NCBI GenBank assembly: GCA_964406665.1
Contig: CAYOSQ010000001.1
Span: forward strand, 71,412-135,411
DNA: 64,000 nucleotides
Direction: 5' to 3'
Origin: an uncultured Planctomycetia bacterium
GTDB lineage: Bacteria; Omnitrophota; Gorgyraeia; VGKH01; JBHPFN01
Shown piece after piece: positions 41,197-53,600 of this stretch (position 1 is its first letter; each line of letters opens with the position of its first letter). The notes under the pieces were generated by a model. It ran no database searches, had not been told where the DNA came from, and saw only the letters and a program-made list of their open reading frames with translations. Both the position numbers and the translations under genes were made by a program.

Positions 41197-41556
41197 ATGA
41201 ATATAGCGCTGTGTGCTGTTTTAGGAGCTGTTGCAGGGGTGTTAAGTGGGTTATTCGGCATTGGCGGTGGAATAATTCTAGTGCCAGCACTTGTATATAT
41301 GTTTGGCCTTACGCAACATCAGGCTCAGGGGACAACTTTAGCCATATTGATTCCGCCCATTGGTCTATTAGCAGCGCTACGCTATTACTATAGTGGACAC
41401 GTTAAGCTTAATATGGCAGCGTTTATATGTCTGGGTTTTTTCTTTGGGGCACTTCTAGGCGCACACTATATTCAATCAGTTCCTGATCCGACATTGAAGA
41501 AGATGTTCGGGTTGTTGTTAGTAGCTGTGGGTGCAAGAATGATATTTTTTAAATAA
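41197..41556 (+). CDS. TSUP (TauE/SafE) family half-size membrane protein
   Basis: 4-TM protein with GIGGGIILVPAL motif. Confidence 0.55.
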   Translation: MNIALCAVLGAVAGVLSGLFGIGGGIILVPALVYMFGLTQHQAQGTTLAILIPPIGLLAALRYYYSGHVKLNMAAFICLGFFFGALLGAHYIQSVPDPTLKKMFGLLLVAVGARMIFFK

Positions 41557-41558
41557 TT

Positions 41559-42479
41559 ATGAATATGCCTAACTTATCAGTTAAGATTGGAAAATTGAAA
41601 CTAAAAAATCCAGTAATGGTAGCTTCAGGCACATTCGGATATGCCGAGGAACTTGAGCGCTTTATGGATTTGAAAAAGCTGGGTGCGCTTGTTACTAAGA
41701 CAATTACTTTGAAAGAAAAACTAGGCAATCCACCGCCACGCACCGTGGAGACCGCAGCAGGTATGCTTAATGCTATTGGCCTGGAAAATCCGGGTTTACA
41801 GGTTTTTGTTAGAGATAAGCTTCCGTTCTTTAAGAATACAGGAGTGCCGATTATTGTAAGTATTGCCGCAGATTGTGACGCTGATTTTCGTAATTTAACG
41901 CGTTCTTTAAATAGAACAGAAGGCGTCGCTGCTCTGGAGCTAAATTTATCCTGCCCAAATTTAGGAACGAAAACCCTGGTTTCCCAAATTGATAAAGCAA
42001 CATACAGAGTTGTGAAGATGGTGCGTAAATCAACATCTCTGCCGCTTATTGTTAAGCTTACTCCGAACGTGACAGATATAGGATTAATAGCAAGGGCGGC
42101 GGTTTCTGCGGGAGCTGATGCCATAAGTTTAGTGAATACATTTTTGGGACTAGCAATCGATGTTGATACTAAAAGACCAAAGCTTGCAAATATTACTGGA
42201 GGTTTAAGCGGTCCGGCTATAAAACCTATTGCTCTTAGGATGGTAAGGGAAGTTTCTCACGCTGTAGATGTTCCTATAATTGGCATGGGTGGCATTATGA
42301 ATACCACAGATGCGTTAGAGTTTATTATTGCAGGTTCAACAGCTGTAGCTGTGGGTACGGCCAGCTTTATTTCTCCGGGAGTATCTGGCGAGATTGTTGA
42401 TGGATTAAGTAAGTATCTTTTAAAAAATAAAATTAATAATATCAATCAATTAATAGGTTCATTAATTACGCGCAGATGA
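41559..42479 (+). CDS. pyrD: dihydroorotate dehydrogenase catalytic subunit (class 1B)
   Basis: NPVMVASGTFGYAEE and NLSCPN motifs. Confidence 0.9.
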   Translation: MNMPNLSVKIGKLKLKNPVMVASGTFGYAEELERFMDLKKLGALVTKTITLKEKLGNPPPRTVETAAGMLNAIGLENPGLQVFVRDKLPFFKNTGVPIIVSIAADCDADFRNLTRSLNRTEGVAALELNLSCPNLGTKTLVSQIDKATYRVVKMVRKSTSLPLIVKLTPNVTDIGLIARAAVSAGADAISLVNTFLGLAIDVDTKRPKLANITGGLSGPAIKPIALRMVREVSHAVDVPIIGMGGIMNTTDALEFIIAGSTAVAVGTASFISPGVSGEIVDGLSKYLLKNKINNINQLIGSLITRR

Positions 42480-43126
42480 GAGATAAATTAATAGTTGCTT
42501 TAGATGTTGATAGTTTTGCAAAAGCACGCAGCCTTGTTAATAAATTATATCCTAGGGTTAAGATATTTAAAGTAGGCAGCCAGTTGTTTACTGCTTGTGG
42601 CCCAAAAATAATAGATATTATTAGAAAAAAAAGAGCCAAAGTATTTTTGGATCTCAAATTTCACGATATTCCTAATACTGTCAAAAATGCAGTAATTGCG
42701 GCAAAGAAGCTTAATGTTTTCATGCTTACAGTTCATGCCTCAGGGGGAGAAGAGATGCTTTCTGCTGCAACTTCTGTTGTTAAGAGACCGCATATAGTTG
42801 GGGTAACTGTTTTAACAAGCCAAAAGAGTACAGTAACAGAAAGCAAAGTACTCAATCTGGCTAAGCTGGCAAAAAAATCTGGTGTTGATGGAATAGTTTG
42901 TTCTTATAAAGAAATTGCAGCTGTCCGGAAGAAGATTGGGAAAAGATTTATTATCGTGGTTCCAGGTATTCGCCCCAAAGGTTCCAGCAGAGGTGATCAG
43001 AAAAGAGTAGCAACCCCAAAAAAGGCAATAGAAGCCGGAGCAGATTTTATTGTTGTAGGTAGGCCTATAGTGAAAGCCAGGAATTCTTTAAAGGCTGCCG
43101 AAGAGATTCTACAGGAAATTAAATAG
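42476..43126 (+). CDS. pyrF: orotidine 5'-phosphate decarboxylase
   Basis: LIVALDVDS...KVG and DLKFHDIPNTV motifs. Confidence 0.85.
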   Translation: MRDKLIVALDVDSFAKARSLVNKLYPRVKIFKVGSQLFTACGPKIIDIIRKKRAKVFLDLKFHDIPNTVKNAVIAAKKLNVFMLTVHASGGEEMLSAATSVVKRPHIVGVTVLTSQKSTVTESKVLNLAKLAKKSGVDGIVCSYKEIAAVRKKIGKRFIIVVPGIRPKGSSRGDQKRVATPKKAIEAGADFIVVGRPIVKARNSLKAAEEILQEIK

Positions 43127-43132
43127 TTTATT

Positions 43133-43372
43133 ATGAGCGAACTCAGCGTATCGGTTATAATGCCGGACAAAAAAATATTTGAAGGTAAGGTGCAAGAAAT
43201 TGTTGTTCCCGGACAAGAGGGAGGGATGGAAATTTTCCCTAATCACGCTCCTTTATTAGCGGCTCTTAAGAAAGGCAAAATAGTAGTTAAGGGTGAATCT
43301 GAAGAAGAGTTTGAAATCGAATCAGGTTTTATTGAAGTGCATAATAACGTAGCAACAATACTTGCGCGCTAG
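43133..43372 (+). CDS. atpC: F1 ATP synthase epsilon subunit (beta-sandwich domain only, 79 aa), located at the 5' end of the operon
   Basis: VIMPDKKIFEGKVQEIVVPGQEGGMEIFPNHAPLLAALKKG resembles the epsilon N-domain. Confidence 0.7.
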   Translation: MSELSVSVIMPDKKIFEGKVQEIVVPGQEGGMEIFPNHAPLLAALKKGKIVVKGESEEEFEIESGFIEVHNNVATILAR

Positions 43373-43380
43373 ATTTTATT

Positions 43381-43590
43381 TTGAATAAAAACAATTGGGT
43401 ACATTATTTTGGCTTAGTGATGCAGCTCGGATTGGTTATCTCCGCCTGTATTTTAGTAGGTTTGTTAATCGGTGTTTTTTTAGATAAGATATTTAAGACG
43501 AATGGAATTTTTTTAGTTGTATTTCTTATTTTTGGAATTGTTGCTGGATTTAAAAGCGCATATCAAGATATTATGAGATCAAGTAAATGA
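43381..43590 (+). CDS. AtpZ-like small membrane protein
   Basis: 2-TM, 69 aa, in operon position upstream of atpI. Confidence 0.4.
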   Translation: MNKNNWVHYFGLVMQLGLVISACILVGLLIGVFLDKIFKTNGIFLVVFLIFGIVAGFKSAYQDIMRSSK

Positions 43591-43967
43591 ATGTCCCAAT
43601 AGAATATATAGTATACAAAATAAATATTTTAAAGAAGTCTTTGGTGCTTTTGGGCTTACTGGTAATATCCGGAACTTTTTTAAATAAAGGCTTTACGCTT
43701 GGGGTATTTATGGGTGGATGTATTTCTCTGGCACAGTTTTCCCTGCTTTCTAAGCACATACTGCAGATGAAAGAGTTGGCGGTTAAAAGCGCACAGAGAT
43801 ATATTATAATTAGATTTCTTCTTATGTATGCAATAATGGGCTTTGCACTTTTTATCGGCATTCAAAAGAACCTCGCAACATTCTTTGGAGTTGCCGCGGG
43901 GTTATTAATTGTTCAGGCAACTATTTATCTGGATAATTTTGTAGCAACTTTTAAAAAAAATAAATAA
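43587..43967 (+). CDS. atpI: ATP synthase protein I-like membrane protein
   Basis: 4-TM small protein preceding the Fo genes. Confidence 0.4.
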   Translation: MNVPIEYIVYKINILKKSLVLLGLLVISGTFLNKGFTLGVFMGGCISLAQFSLLSKHILQMKELAVKSAQRYIIIRFLLMYAIMGFALFIGIQKNLATFFGVAAGLLIVQATIYLDNFVATFKKNK

Positions 43968-43969
43968 TT

Positions 43970-44209
43970 ATGTCGTCAGAAATAATCAAAATTGTATCTT
44001 TGGCAGCAAGCGGAATATGCATGGGCTTAGGCGCCGTAGGGCCGAGTATGGGCATAGGGATTATTGGCTCTAAAGGCCTTCAAGGGATTAGTGAAAATCC
44101 TAAGCAAGAAGGAGTGCTTTTGAAAACCATGCTTATTGCTATGTCTATTGCCAGCACCACGGCTATTTATGCATTAATTATCTGTATGCTGCTAATTTTT
44201 GTAATTTAG
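43970..44209 (+). CDS. ATP synthase c-subunit paralog lacking the ion-binding carboxylate (Ser at the Glu position)
   Basis: Aligns with the downstream atpE (GAVGPSMGIGIIGSKG...), but helix 2 reads IAMSIASTTAIYALI versus [15 protein letters not shown]. Confidence 0.5.
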   Translation: MSSEIIKIVSLAASGICMGLGAVGPSMGIGIIGSKGLQGISENPKQEGVLLKTMLIAMSIASTTAIYALIICMLLIFVI

Positions 44210-44221
44210 AAAGTTTATTCT

Positions 44222-44953
44222 ATGCAAGATATCGGCGCTATAAGCACGCATGCTTTTACAATACCGCAGTTAGGTATTCAGCTTACTGTAAACCCAGTGA
44301 CTTTGATAACCAGCTGGGCTATTATGGGTTTTCTTGGCGTCGTATTATGCCCGGTTGCTTTTCGTCTGCGCAGGTTTCCTGGTAAGCTTCAAGCGGGGTG
44401 TGAATTATTCTACACAGCTTTTTCTGATATGGCTTACGAGGCTATGGGTAAGGATGCAAAAAAGTTTATTCCTTTAGTTGTAACTATATTTTTATTTGTA
44501 CTTGTTGCTAATTGGGCAAGTGTTATTCCGGGAGTTCACAGTCCTACAAAGGACCTAAACACTTGTTTAGGTTTAGGAATTTTAGTATTTATAGTTGCCC
44601 ATGTTTCCGCTATAATGAAAAAAGGATTAAAAGCATATATTACAGATTATTTTAAGCCCTATCCATTTTTTCTACCGATTAATTTAATTGGAGAAGTAGG
44701 AAAGGTTTTGTCGCACTCGTTTCGTTTATTCGGTAATCTTTTCGGCGGGGCGATAATCTTATCTTTAATTGGTCCGGTAACCCTAGAGATTTTCAAGGCG
44801 CTTAATTTTCCTGTGTTTACAAGCGCTCCGTTTTTGCTGATTTTATATTTTATTCAAACAGCATTTTTTGGAATTTTTGTAGGTTTGGTTCAGGCATTAG
44901 TGTTCAGCTTGCTGGCGTTGACATATATAGCGATTTTAAGAGAAGAACAATAG
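44222..44953 (+). CDS. atpB: ATP synthase Fo subunit a
   Basis: LSHSFRLFGNLFGG conserved Arg helix. Confidence 0.9.
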   Translation: MQDIGAISTHAFTIPQLGIQLTVNPVTLITSWAIMGFLGVVLCPVAFRLRRFPGKLQAGCELFYTAFSDMAYEAMGKDAKKFIPLVVTIFLFVLVANWASVIPGVHSPTKDLNTCLGLGILVFIVAHVSAIMKKGLKAYITDYFKPYPFFLPINLIGEVGKVLSHSFRLFGNLFGGAIILSLIGPVTLEIFKALNFPVFTSAPFLLILYFIQTAFFGIFVGLVQALVFSLLALTYIAILREEQ

Positions 44954-44956
44954 TAG

Positions 44957-45292
<336 letters not shown>

Positions 45293-45317
45293 AGTTTTAT
45301 ACAATTGAGAGGGCAAG

Positions 45318-45800
45318 ATGAATCTTAATTTTACATTAATAATTCAGATAATAAGCTTCGCTATATTTTTAGGACTTTTGACTAAATTTTTTTATAGGCC
45401 TTTGATGAATTATTTAGAAGATAGATCTGCCCAGATTAAGAAAATGGTAGAAGAAACCGAAGGAAACAGAAATATTGTTAACGAGGAAATCAAAAAGGTC
45501 CAGGAGGAGCTTAAAAAAACAAAAGAACAGGTCATCAAAATGAAAAAATCTGCTTCGCATGAAGCAGATAAGCATAGAAGAGCAGCTCTTGAGCAGGCTA
45601 AAAAAGAAGCTGCCGAGTTGCTTGATAGAGCAAAAAGCGAGATTAAAAAAGAATTAGCAGATGCTAAAGAGAAGCTCAAGGTAGAGGTCGCATCTCTTTC
45701 TATAGATGTTGCTATGAAGATTCTAGATAGAGAAGTAAAAGAAAAAGACCATAAAAAACTTATTAGTGAAGCGATAGAAGAATTAGGTAATGCAGGATAA
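45318..45800 (+). CDS. atpF: ATP synthase Fo subunit b
   Basis: Single N-terminal TM followed by a long charged coiled coil. Confidence 0.75.
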   Translation: MNLNFTLIIQIISFAIFLGLLTKFFYRPLMNYLEDRSAQIKKMVEETEGNRNIVNEEIKKVQEELKKTKEQVIKMKKSASHEADKHRRAALEQAKKEAAELLDRAKSEIKKELADAKEKLKVEVASLSIDVAMKILDREVKEKDHKKLISEAIEELGNAG

Positions 45801-46332
45801 CGTAGAAATATTACATGATAGATACGCCCGAGCTCTTTATGAGCATGCTAAAGATACCGGTGAGGTTGATAAGGTAATGCGTCAATTACAGGCGTTAAAT
45901 GATTTATGGTTATCAAATAGTAATTTCAGAGTCTGCTTAAGGCATCCCTTGATTGCCCGCTGGGAGAAAAAACAAGTTATGAAGCAGTTGGCAAAAATTA
46001 AAGATTGCTGTGAGACGCTGCTTAATTTTGTTAATATTCTGATCGAGAATAAAAGAGGCGGTTTAATTCACGGAGTATTTCTTAAATTCAAAGATCTTTA
46101 TGAACTTTATGAAAATAGAGCCAGTGTCGTTTTAGAAAGCGCGAGAGAGTTGTCCAACGAAGAAAAACAAAGAATGAAACAAGCCTTAAGTGAGGCGTTG
46201 AAAAAGAACGTTTCCCTAAAAACCCGCGTTAATAAAGATTTAATTTCAGGAGTAAGGATCCGTCATGGGGATACTGTATTTTCTAACAGTTTGATTTCAA
46301 AATTAAATAGATTAAGAGAGGGAATAGTATGA
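45790..46332 (+). CDS. atpH: ATP synthase delta (OSCP) subunit
   Basis: Position and size; [11 protein letters not shown] resembles the OSCP N-terminus. Confidence 0.75.
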   Translation: MQDNVEILHDRYARALYEHAKDTGEVDKVMRQLQALNDLWLSNSNFRVCLRHPLIARWEKKQVMKQLAKIKDCCETLLNFVNILIENKRGGLIHGVFLKFKDLYELYENRASVVLESARELSNEEKQRMKQALSEALKKNVSLKTRVNKDLISGVRIRHGDTVFSNSLISKLNRLREGIV

Positions 46333-47840
46333 AAATTAAGCCCAGCGAAATAACGTCCATTATTAAACAACAGATAGAAAATTATGAAAATAGGATAGAA
46401 ACAGCTGAAACTGGAACTGTGCTTAAAGTTGGAGACGGAATAGCAGAAATTTATGGCCTGGATCAGGCTATGTCTGGTGAGCTGTTGGCATTTCCTCAGA
46501 ATATATATGGCATGGTTTTAAATTTAGAAGAAGCTACAGTGGGAGCATGTATTTTTGGTGATGATTCACTTTTAAAGGAAGGCGATGAAGTTAGACTCAC
46601 CGGTAAAATCGTTGAGATAGGCGTAGGAGAAGAATTAATTGGTAGAGTGGTTAATGCCTTAGGCCAGCCCGTAGATGGTAAGGGAGACATTAAAGCTAGA
46701 CAAACTAGCCCTGTTGAGAAGATAGCTCCTAATGTTGTAAGTAGGCAGCCGGTTAAAGAACCTCTGTATACAGGAATAAGGGCAATTGATGCTATGATTC
46801 CTATAGGTAGGGGTCAGAGAGAATTAATCATCGGTGATAGGCAAACAGGTAAAACCGCTATCGCAATTGATACAATCTTAAATGCTAAAGGAAAAGACCT
46901 TATATGTATTTATGTGGCAATTGGACAGAAGAATTCAACAGTTGCCTCAATACAGGATACATTAACGAAACATGGTGCGATGGATTATACAGTTATTGTC
47001 AACGCAGCTGCTGGAGAAGTTGCCCCCATGAGATATTTAGCTCCATATGCCGGATGTACAATAGGAGAGTTTTTCCGTGATAACGGTAAGCACGCGCTGA
47101 TTGTTTATGATGACCTTACTAAACACGCCCAATCCTACAGAGAACTTTCTTTGTTGCTGAGAAGGCCTCCGGGACGCGAAGCGTATCCGGGAGATATTTT
47201 TTATTGTCATTCAAAACTACTAGAGAGAGCTTGTAAATTCAGCGAAGAAAACGGCGGAGGGTCGCTAACGGCGCTGCCGATCATAGAGACACAGGCAGGT
47301 GACGTAACAACGTATATACCAACCAATGTTATTTCTATTACAGACGGACAAATTTATCTGGAAACTAGTCTATTTTATCAAGGTGTGCGCCCGGCAATTA
47401 ATGTAGGCTTAAGCGTTTCTAGAGTTGGTGGTAATGCTCAAGAGAAATCTATGAAACAGGTAGCTGGAAGGCTTAGGTTGGATTTGGCACAGTTTCGAGA
47501 GATGGAATCATTTGCTCAATTTGGAACCGAGCTCGACAATGCTACTATTCAACAGCTGGAAAGAGGCAAGCGGCTAGTAGAGATCTTAAAACAGCCACAG
47601 TATAAACCTATGCCTCAAGAAGAGCAGGTAATAATTATTTTTGCCGGTGTGCGCGGTTTAATTGACGAGATCGACATTAATGATATGGAGCGCTTTCAGA
47701 AAGAGCTATTTGTGTTTTTAAAAGAAAAGCACGGTACCTTGCTTGAACAGCTAAGTCATGAGAAGGTTGTGTCCGATTCCCTGGAGCAGGAATTGACTTT
47801 AGTAATTGAGGAATTCAAAAAACAGTTTGTGAGATTATAA
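46329..47840 (+). CDS. atpA: ATP synthase F1 alpha subunit
   Basis: Walker [16 protein letters not shown]. Confidence 0.95.
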   Translation: MKIKPSEITSIIKQQIENYENRIETAETGTVLKVGDGIAEIYGLDQAMSGELLAFPQNIYGMVLNLEEATVGACIFGDDSLLKEGDEVRLTGKIVEIGVGEELIGRVVNALGQPVDGKGDIKARQTSPVEKIAPNVVSRQPVKEPLYTGIRAIDAMIPIGRGQRELIIGDRQTGKTAIAIDTILNAKGKDLICIYVAIGQKNSTVASIQDTLTKHGAMDYTVIVNAAAGEVAPMRYLAPYAGCTIGEFFRDNGKHALIVYDDLTKHAQSYRELSLLLRRPPGREAYPGDIFYCHSKLLERACKFSEENGGGSLTALPIIETQAGDVTTYIPTNVISITDGQIYLETSLFYQGVRPAINVGLSVSRVGGNAQEKSMKQVAGRLRLDLAQFREMESFAQFGTELDNATIQQLERGKRLVEILKQPQYKPMPQEEQVIIIFAGVRGLIDEIDINDMERFQKELFVFLKEKHGTLLEQLSHEKVVSDSLEQELTLVIEEFKKQFVRL

Positions 47841-47842
47841 TT

Positions 47843-48700
47843 ATGGCAACCTTGCGCAGCATAAAAAATAGAATTGGTAGCGTTGAAAAAATTAGGAAAA
47901 TTGCTAAAGCTATGGAGATAGTAGCGCTTACTCGTCTGCGCAAGATTGAACAAAAGACTCAGGAGGCCAGGGATTATTTCGACAGGCTGCGTGATTTAAT
48001 GTTCGGCGTTGCTGATAATTTACTTTATGAGGCACATCCTTTCTTAAGAGAGCGAAGCTCAATAAAAAAATCAGCTGTAATTTTAGTTGCTTCAGATAAA
48101 GGTTTATGCGGAAATTTTAACGCCACTATTCTTAGTTCTTTTGATAGGTTTGTATCAGAAAACCCTGGTTTAAATATTGCCGGAATAGCCGTGGGAAAAA
48201 AATCAGAAACCATTTTTAAAAAACGCAAAATTGAAATAACAGTTGCCAGCGCCCCAGCTTCTCTAAAGGCGCATGATTATCTTGATACAGCTTCACAGCT
48301 TGCAGAAAAGATAGCTAAATTGTATTTAGACAGAGAAGTTGATCAACTGGTAATAATTTACAATAAATTTAAAATGCAATTTTTAGGCTCAGCTGAAATC
48401 CTTAAATTACTGCCTTTGAAGCTAGAGGGGTTTAAGATTAAAAGAATAAGAGATTATATTTATGAGCCCGATGCTTATGCAGTATTAGATCAGTTGTTAA
48501 AAGAATATCTTACTAATCAAATCGGGCAGGTGATTTTAGAATCTAACGCTGCTGAAGAAATGGCGCGTATGCTGGCGATGAAACAGGCGCGAGATAATGC
48601 CAACGAGGTAATAGATAAATTAAATTTAAGTTATCATAAAGCACGTCAGTCCAGCATTACAAGAGAGCTGGTAGAGATTACCACAACATTAAACGCATAG
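47843..48700 (+). CDS. atpG: ATP synthase F1 gamma subunit
   Basis: MATLRSIKNRIGSVEKIRKIAKAMEIVALTRL. Confidence 0.9.
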   Translation: MATLRSIKNRIGSVEKIRKIAKAMEIVALTRLRKIEQKTQEARDYFDRLRDLMFGVADNLLYEAHPFLRERSSIKKSAVILVASDKGLCGNFNATILSSFDRFVSENPGLNIAGIAVGKKSETIFKKRKIEITVASAPASLKAHDYLDTASQLAEKIAKLYLDREVDQLVIIYNKFKMQFLGSAEILKLLPLKLEGFKIKRIRDYIYEPDAYAVLDQLLKEYLTNQIGQVILESNAAEEMARMLAMKQARDNANEVIDKLNLSYHKARQSSITRELVEITTTLNA

Positions 48701-48712
48701 ATCATTTATTAA

Positions 48713-50140
<1,428 letters not shown>

Positions 50141-50149
50141 AGAAATCTT

Positions 50150-50238
50150 TTTGTTGACAAAAAAAGCCTCTGTTATTATTATAGTATGAATATTAAAGGG
50201 CGATTAGCTCAGTTGGTTAGAGCATCTGACTTACATTC
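50150..50238 (+). pseudogene. duplicated tRNA-Val(TAC) promoter plus 5' half (acceptor, D arm and anticodon stem-loop up to ...ttacattc), truncated; direct repeat of 54890..54978
   Basis: 50198..50238 is identical to the first 41 nt of the intact tRNA-Val at 54938; the upstream TTGACA-17-TATTAT promoter is about 80% identical to the one upstream of the intact gene. Confidence 0.55.
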
Positions 50239-50312
50239 CAATCTGAGTTTTTTTCATAAGCTGTTGTAATTGCTGTAAATACGGTCTTCGTAAATCACTT
50301 ACGGAGATTTTT

Positions 50313-50377
50313 TGTTTTAATAGAGTTTAATAGTTTTTAATGGTTTTTAATGCTGTATGGACACCTATATGGACACC
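50313..50377 (+). repeat. four tandem ~10-bp units (g/t)ttttaat(a/g)g, followed by two direct repeats tatggacacc (50356..50365 and 50368..50377), in the leader of the giant gene
   Basis: Visible in the sequence: gttttaatag agtttaatag tttttaatgg tttttaatgc, then tgTATGGACACCtaTATGGACACC. Confidence 0.45.
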
Positions 50378-50514
50378 AAGTAGGCAGGGGGTGGGCTTAA
50401 GGGGATATCCACATAGTTAGACCGAAGGTCGTCAAGAAACCGCTTTCTTGAAACACTACATTTACTCTTTTCTTTGTAGAATTAGATGTTATTCTTTTAG
50501 TAATAGACAGATAA

Positions 50515-50650
50515 AGGTAAACCATCAGAGATGGTGGGACGCAAAGCCACGGGTCTAGGAAGGGTCAGCCTAGATTAATATAAAGTCTTTTTGAAGAATA
50601 TCTTAGGCAATTATCCTTTATTTAGATAGCCGGGTTACCAAAAGGTGGTT
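50515..50650 (+). ncRNA. candidate c-di-GMP-I (GEMM) riboswitch aptamer, copy 3
   Basis: GGUAAACCAUCAGAGAUGGUGGGACGCAAAGCCACGGGUCUAGG...AGCCGGGUUACC; an 11-bp GU-containing stem gccggguuacc-aaaa-ggugguucggc followed by a U-rich tract, then the AAGGAGAG SD and ATG at 50683. Confidence 0.45.
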
Positions 50651-50682
50651 CGGCTTTCTATTTAAACATAAGGAGAGTTAAA

Positions 50683-53600
50683 ATGAAAAAGAAAAAAATC
50701 CTAGGAATAATTATTTGTTTAATAGTGATAGCAAGCCTCTGTTTTTTAGGTAATGCTGTGGCATTTCAAGGTCAAGATGCTAATACAAAATTAAATCAAC
50801 AGGCTAATAAGCTTTTGACGCCAGATGTGAAAAAGATCAATGAACTTGCGTCTGATGTCCGGGCAAATATCGAAAGACTCACTCAGAAAAGAAGTGACAT
50901 AGAAATTTCGAGTTGGAATTTGTCTACGGAGACACCACATAGAATAATTTCTAAAAACATTAGATTAGGCAAAAATATTCAAATCAACAAAGATAATATA
51001 GAGTCACTTACGAAAAATTTCATTTTGAGTCAACGAGATTTGCTGAAAGCGGATATAACTAATCTGAAGTTAATAAGGGCGCATAACATCAACAATAAAT
51101 GGTATGTAACATATCAGCAATATCTAAATAATATCCCAGTATATTATGGACTTGTTGAAATTAGAATGAGTGGAAAAGGAGAAATTTCGCTTTTTGGTTC
51201 AGATTACCATTCTGAAATAGAAATTTCCACCAAACCTTCGATTCTTGATGAAAAAGTTATACGCATAGCTCAAAAGGATATTGAGTTCAATGAAAGCACA
51301 GATTCAATATTTTCTTATCCAGGACTTATAGTTCTACCTGTTCAAGATGGCGGATCTATAAAATATCAGCTTGCCTACAGACTCGTACTTTCTACCAAAA
51401 ACCCTATTGGAAGCTGGGTTTTCTTTATTGATGCGCACAATGGAACGATACTTGCCAAGTATAACAATATCAAATTTTACCAAATTGATGGCAGTGTTAA
51501 TGGAGAAATATTACCGCAATATTATGATGATGAATTGGTGCAGAAAAATTTTATTCATGAAAGGGTTGAAGTTCAAGATATTGGATATGATTATACTGAT
51601 TTGGATGGATATTTCAGCATTACTGGAGATGCAGATGAAGGAGAGCAATTTACTTTAATTTCAGAATTAAAAGGCCCATATGTAGATGTGGATTATGAAG
51701 ATGGTGATGATGCAATTTATCTCGAAGAAATTGAAGCTCAGGGAACGTATGATTGGACATGGGATGCTTCTTTAGGGAGGCAGGACGAACTCAATGTTTA
51801 TTATCACGTCAATCGAATCCATGATTATGTAAAGAATAATCTTGGGTTTTCTGGCATGGATTATCAAATGAAGGCAATGGTTTCTGTTTTTGAATATTGG
51901 GATAATGCATTTTACAACCCAGATGATGAAAGCATTAACTTTGGAGCAGGTGGTGTAGCTTATAGAAATTTTGCTCTTTTTTCTGACGTTATTTATCATG
52001 AGTATGCCCATGGCGTTACTGATCATATTTATCCGGAAGGTTCGCTGCCTTATTTTGGACAATCAGGAGCAATGAACGAGGGTTTTTCAGATTACTTTGC
52101 GTGTACAATTAGTAATGAGCCTTATTTAGGAGAGGGGGGGCTCAGTAAATTTGGCTTGCCATACATGCGTACAGTTGATAATTCGGCTCGATACCCAGAT
52201 GATTATATCAACCGAGTACATCATGACAGCATGATTTTTTCTGGTTCTTTGTGGGATTTGAGAGAAATGTTAATAGATAAATACGGTGAGAATTATGGCA
52301 TAAAAAAAACCGATACTTTATCACATCTTGCTCGCTTTGGATATCCTGAAAATTTTGAGGATTATCTCCTTGAACTTTTATTTGTTGATGATGATAATGG
52401 CAATATTTATGACGGCACACCTAACTCTGTCGAAATATATACGGCTTTTTCTAGACATGGAATAGGTCCTGAGCCCACTGCGGTAGGTATTCAATATTTT
52501 GGTTCATTTATTGATGATGCAAATGGCAATAATAACGGATTGCTTGATCCGGGTGAAACTGTAGAGCTTGAAGTCACCCTTTTAAATAATCTTATAGAAA
52601 GTCTAGGCGGTTATGCAATTCATAATGTTACAGCTAGGCTAGTTAGCGTCGATCCATATATTACCGTTTCGAATAAGAAAATTTTGGTTGGAGATCTTAA
52701 ACCTCAGGAAACGGGTGTTGCAAGATTTAAGATTACGCTGGAAGATGCACCTGTTGATTGGAACGATTATCAAATTGACTTTTCTTTAGAAATAACCGGT
52801 TCCCCTGTTACTACAAATAATTTTTCTATAGATGCTACGGATTTTTGGCAAAGCAATTTTCGGATTCCAGTTGCATTTTTGGATTTGACTCATAGAAAAT
52901 CCTGGTATTATGATGAAGAGCTAGGAAATAATGATCGTTTTGCAAATCCGGGGGAAACAGGAGAGATATTAATTGCTGTTAAAAACACCGGTCTTCTTGT
53001 TGCCACGGGAGTAGTTGTAAAAGTTGCTTCAAACAGTCCATATGTATTTGTTCTAGAGGATGAGGCTTATATTGAGGATATCGATCCAGGAGATAGTGGA
53101 TATGCTTCTGTGATGGTTCAATTTTCTGATACAGTTCCCGTAGGCATAGAAGTTGACTTTAAAGCTGAAATTAGCGCTGACGAAGGTTTTTTAATGTATT
53201 TTCCAATAGAGATATTTGTTCCCAGGATAATATTTGATGATCATGCTTCATCAAGCGGAGTTGTTGGGGATTCTACTTATTATCTTCAGCAAGCTGTGTT
53301 TGGTGATTATGATAATGATAATGATCTGGATATCTATATGGCTATGCATGAAGATTGGACAGTTCCAGCCCTGGATTTGCTCTATCGAAACAACGCAGAT
53401 GGCACGTATACAGAGTTAGGAGAAGAAGCAGGAGTGAATTCATTGTTGTCTTCAACGCGCGCTACGTTTTTTGACTATAATAATGATAACTGGCTAGATT
53501 TATTTATTTTGCACGATGAGGATAATACTCTGTTTCGCAATAATGCAGATGGAACTTTTACTGATGTAACTATGGAAGCAGACATAGATACTAACGGACA

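Noticed and set aside
41549-42124. 191-aa minus-strand ORF
   Set aside because: Antisense to pyrD; Ser/Ala-rich artefactual translation.
50198-50700. Intron-containing tRNA-Val (group I intron in the anticodon loop)
   Set aside because: No matching 3' tRNA half follows downstream of the insert. The intact tRNA-Val at 54938 has its own 5' half and promoter, so the simpler explanation is a truncated duplicate.
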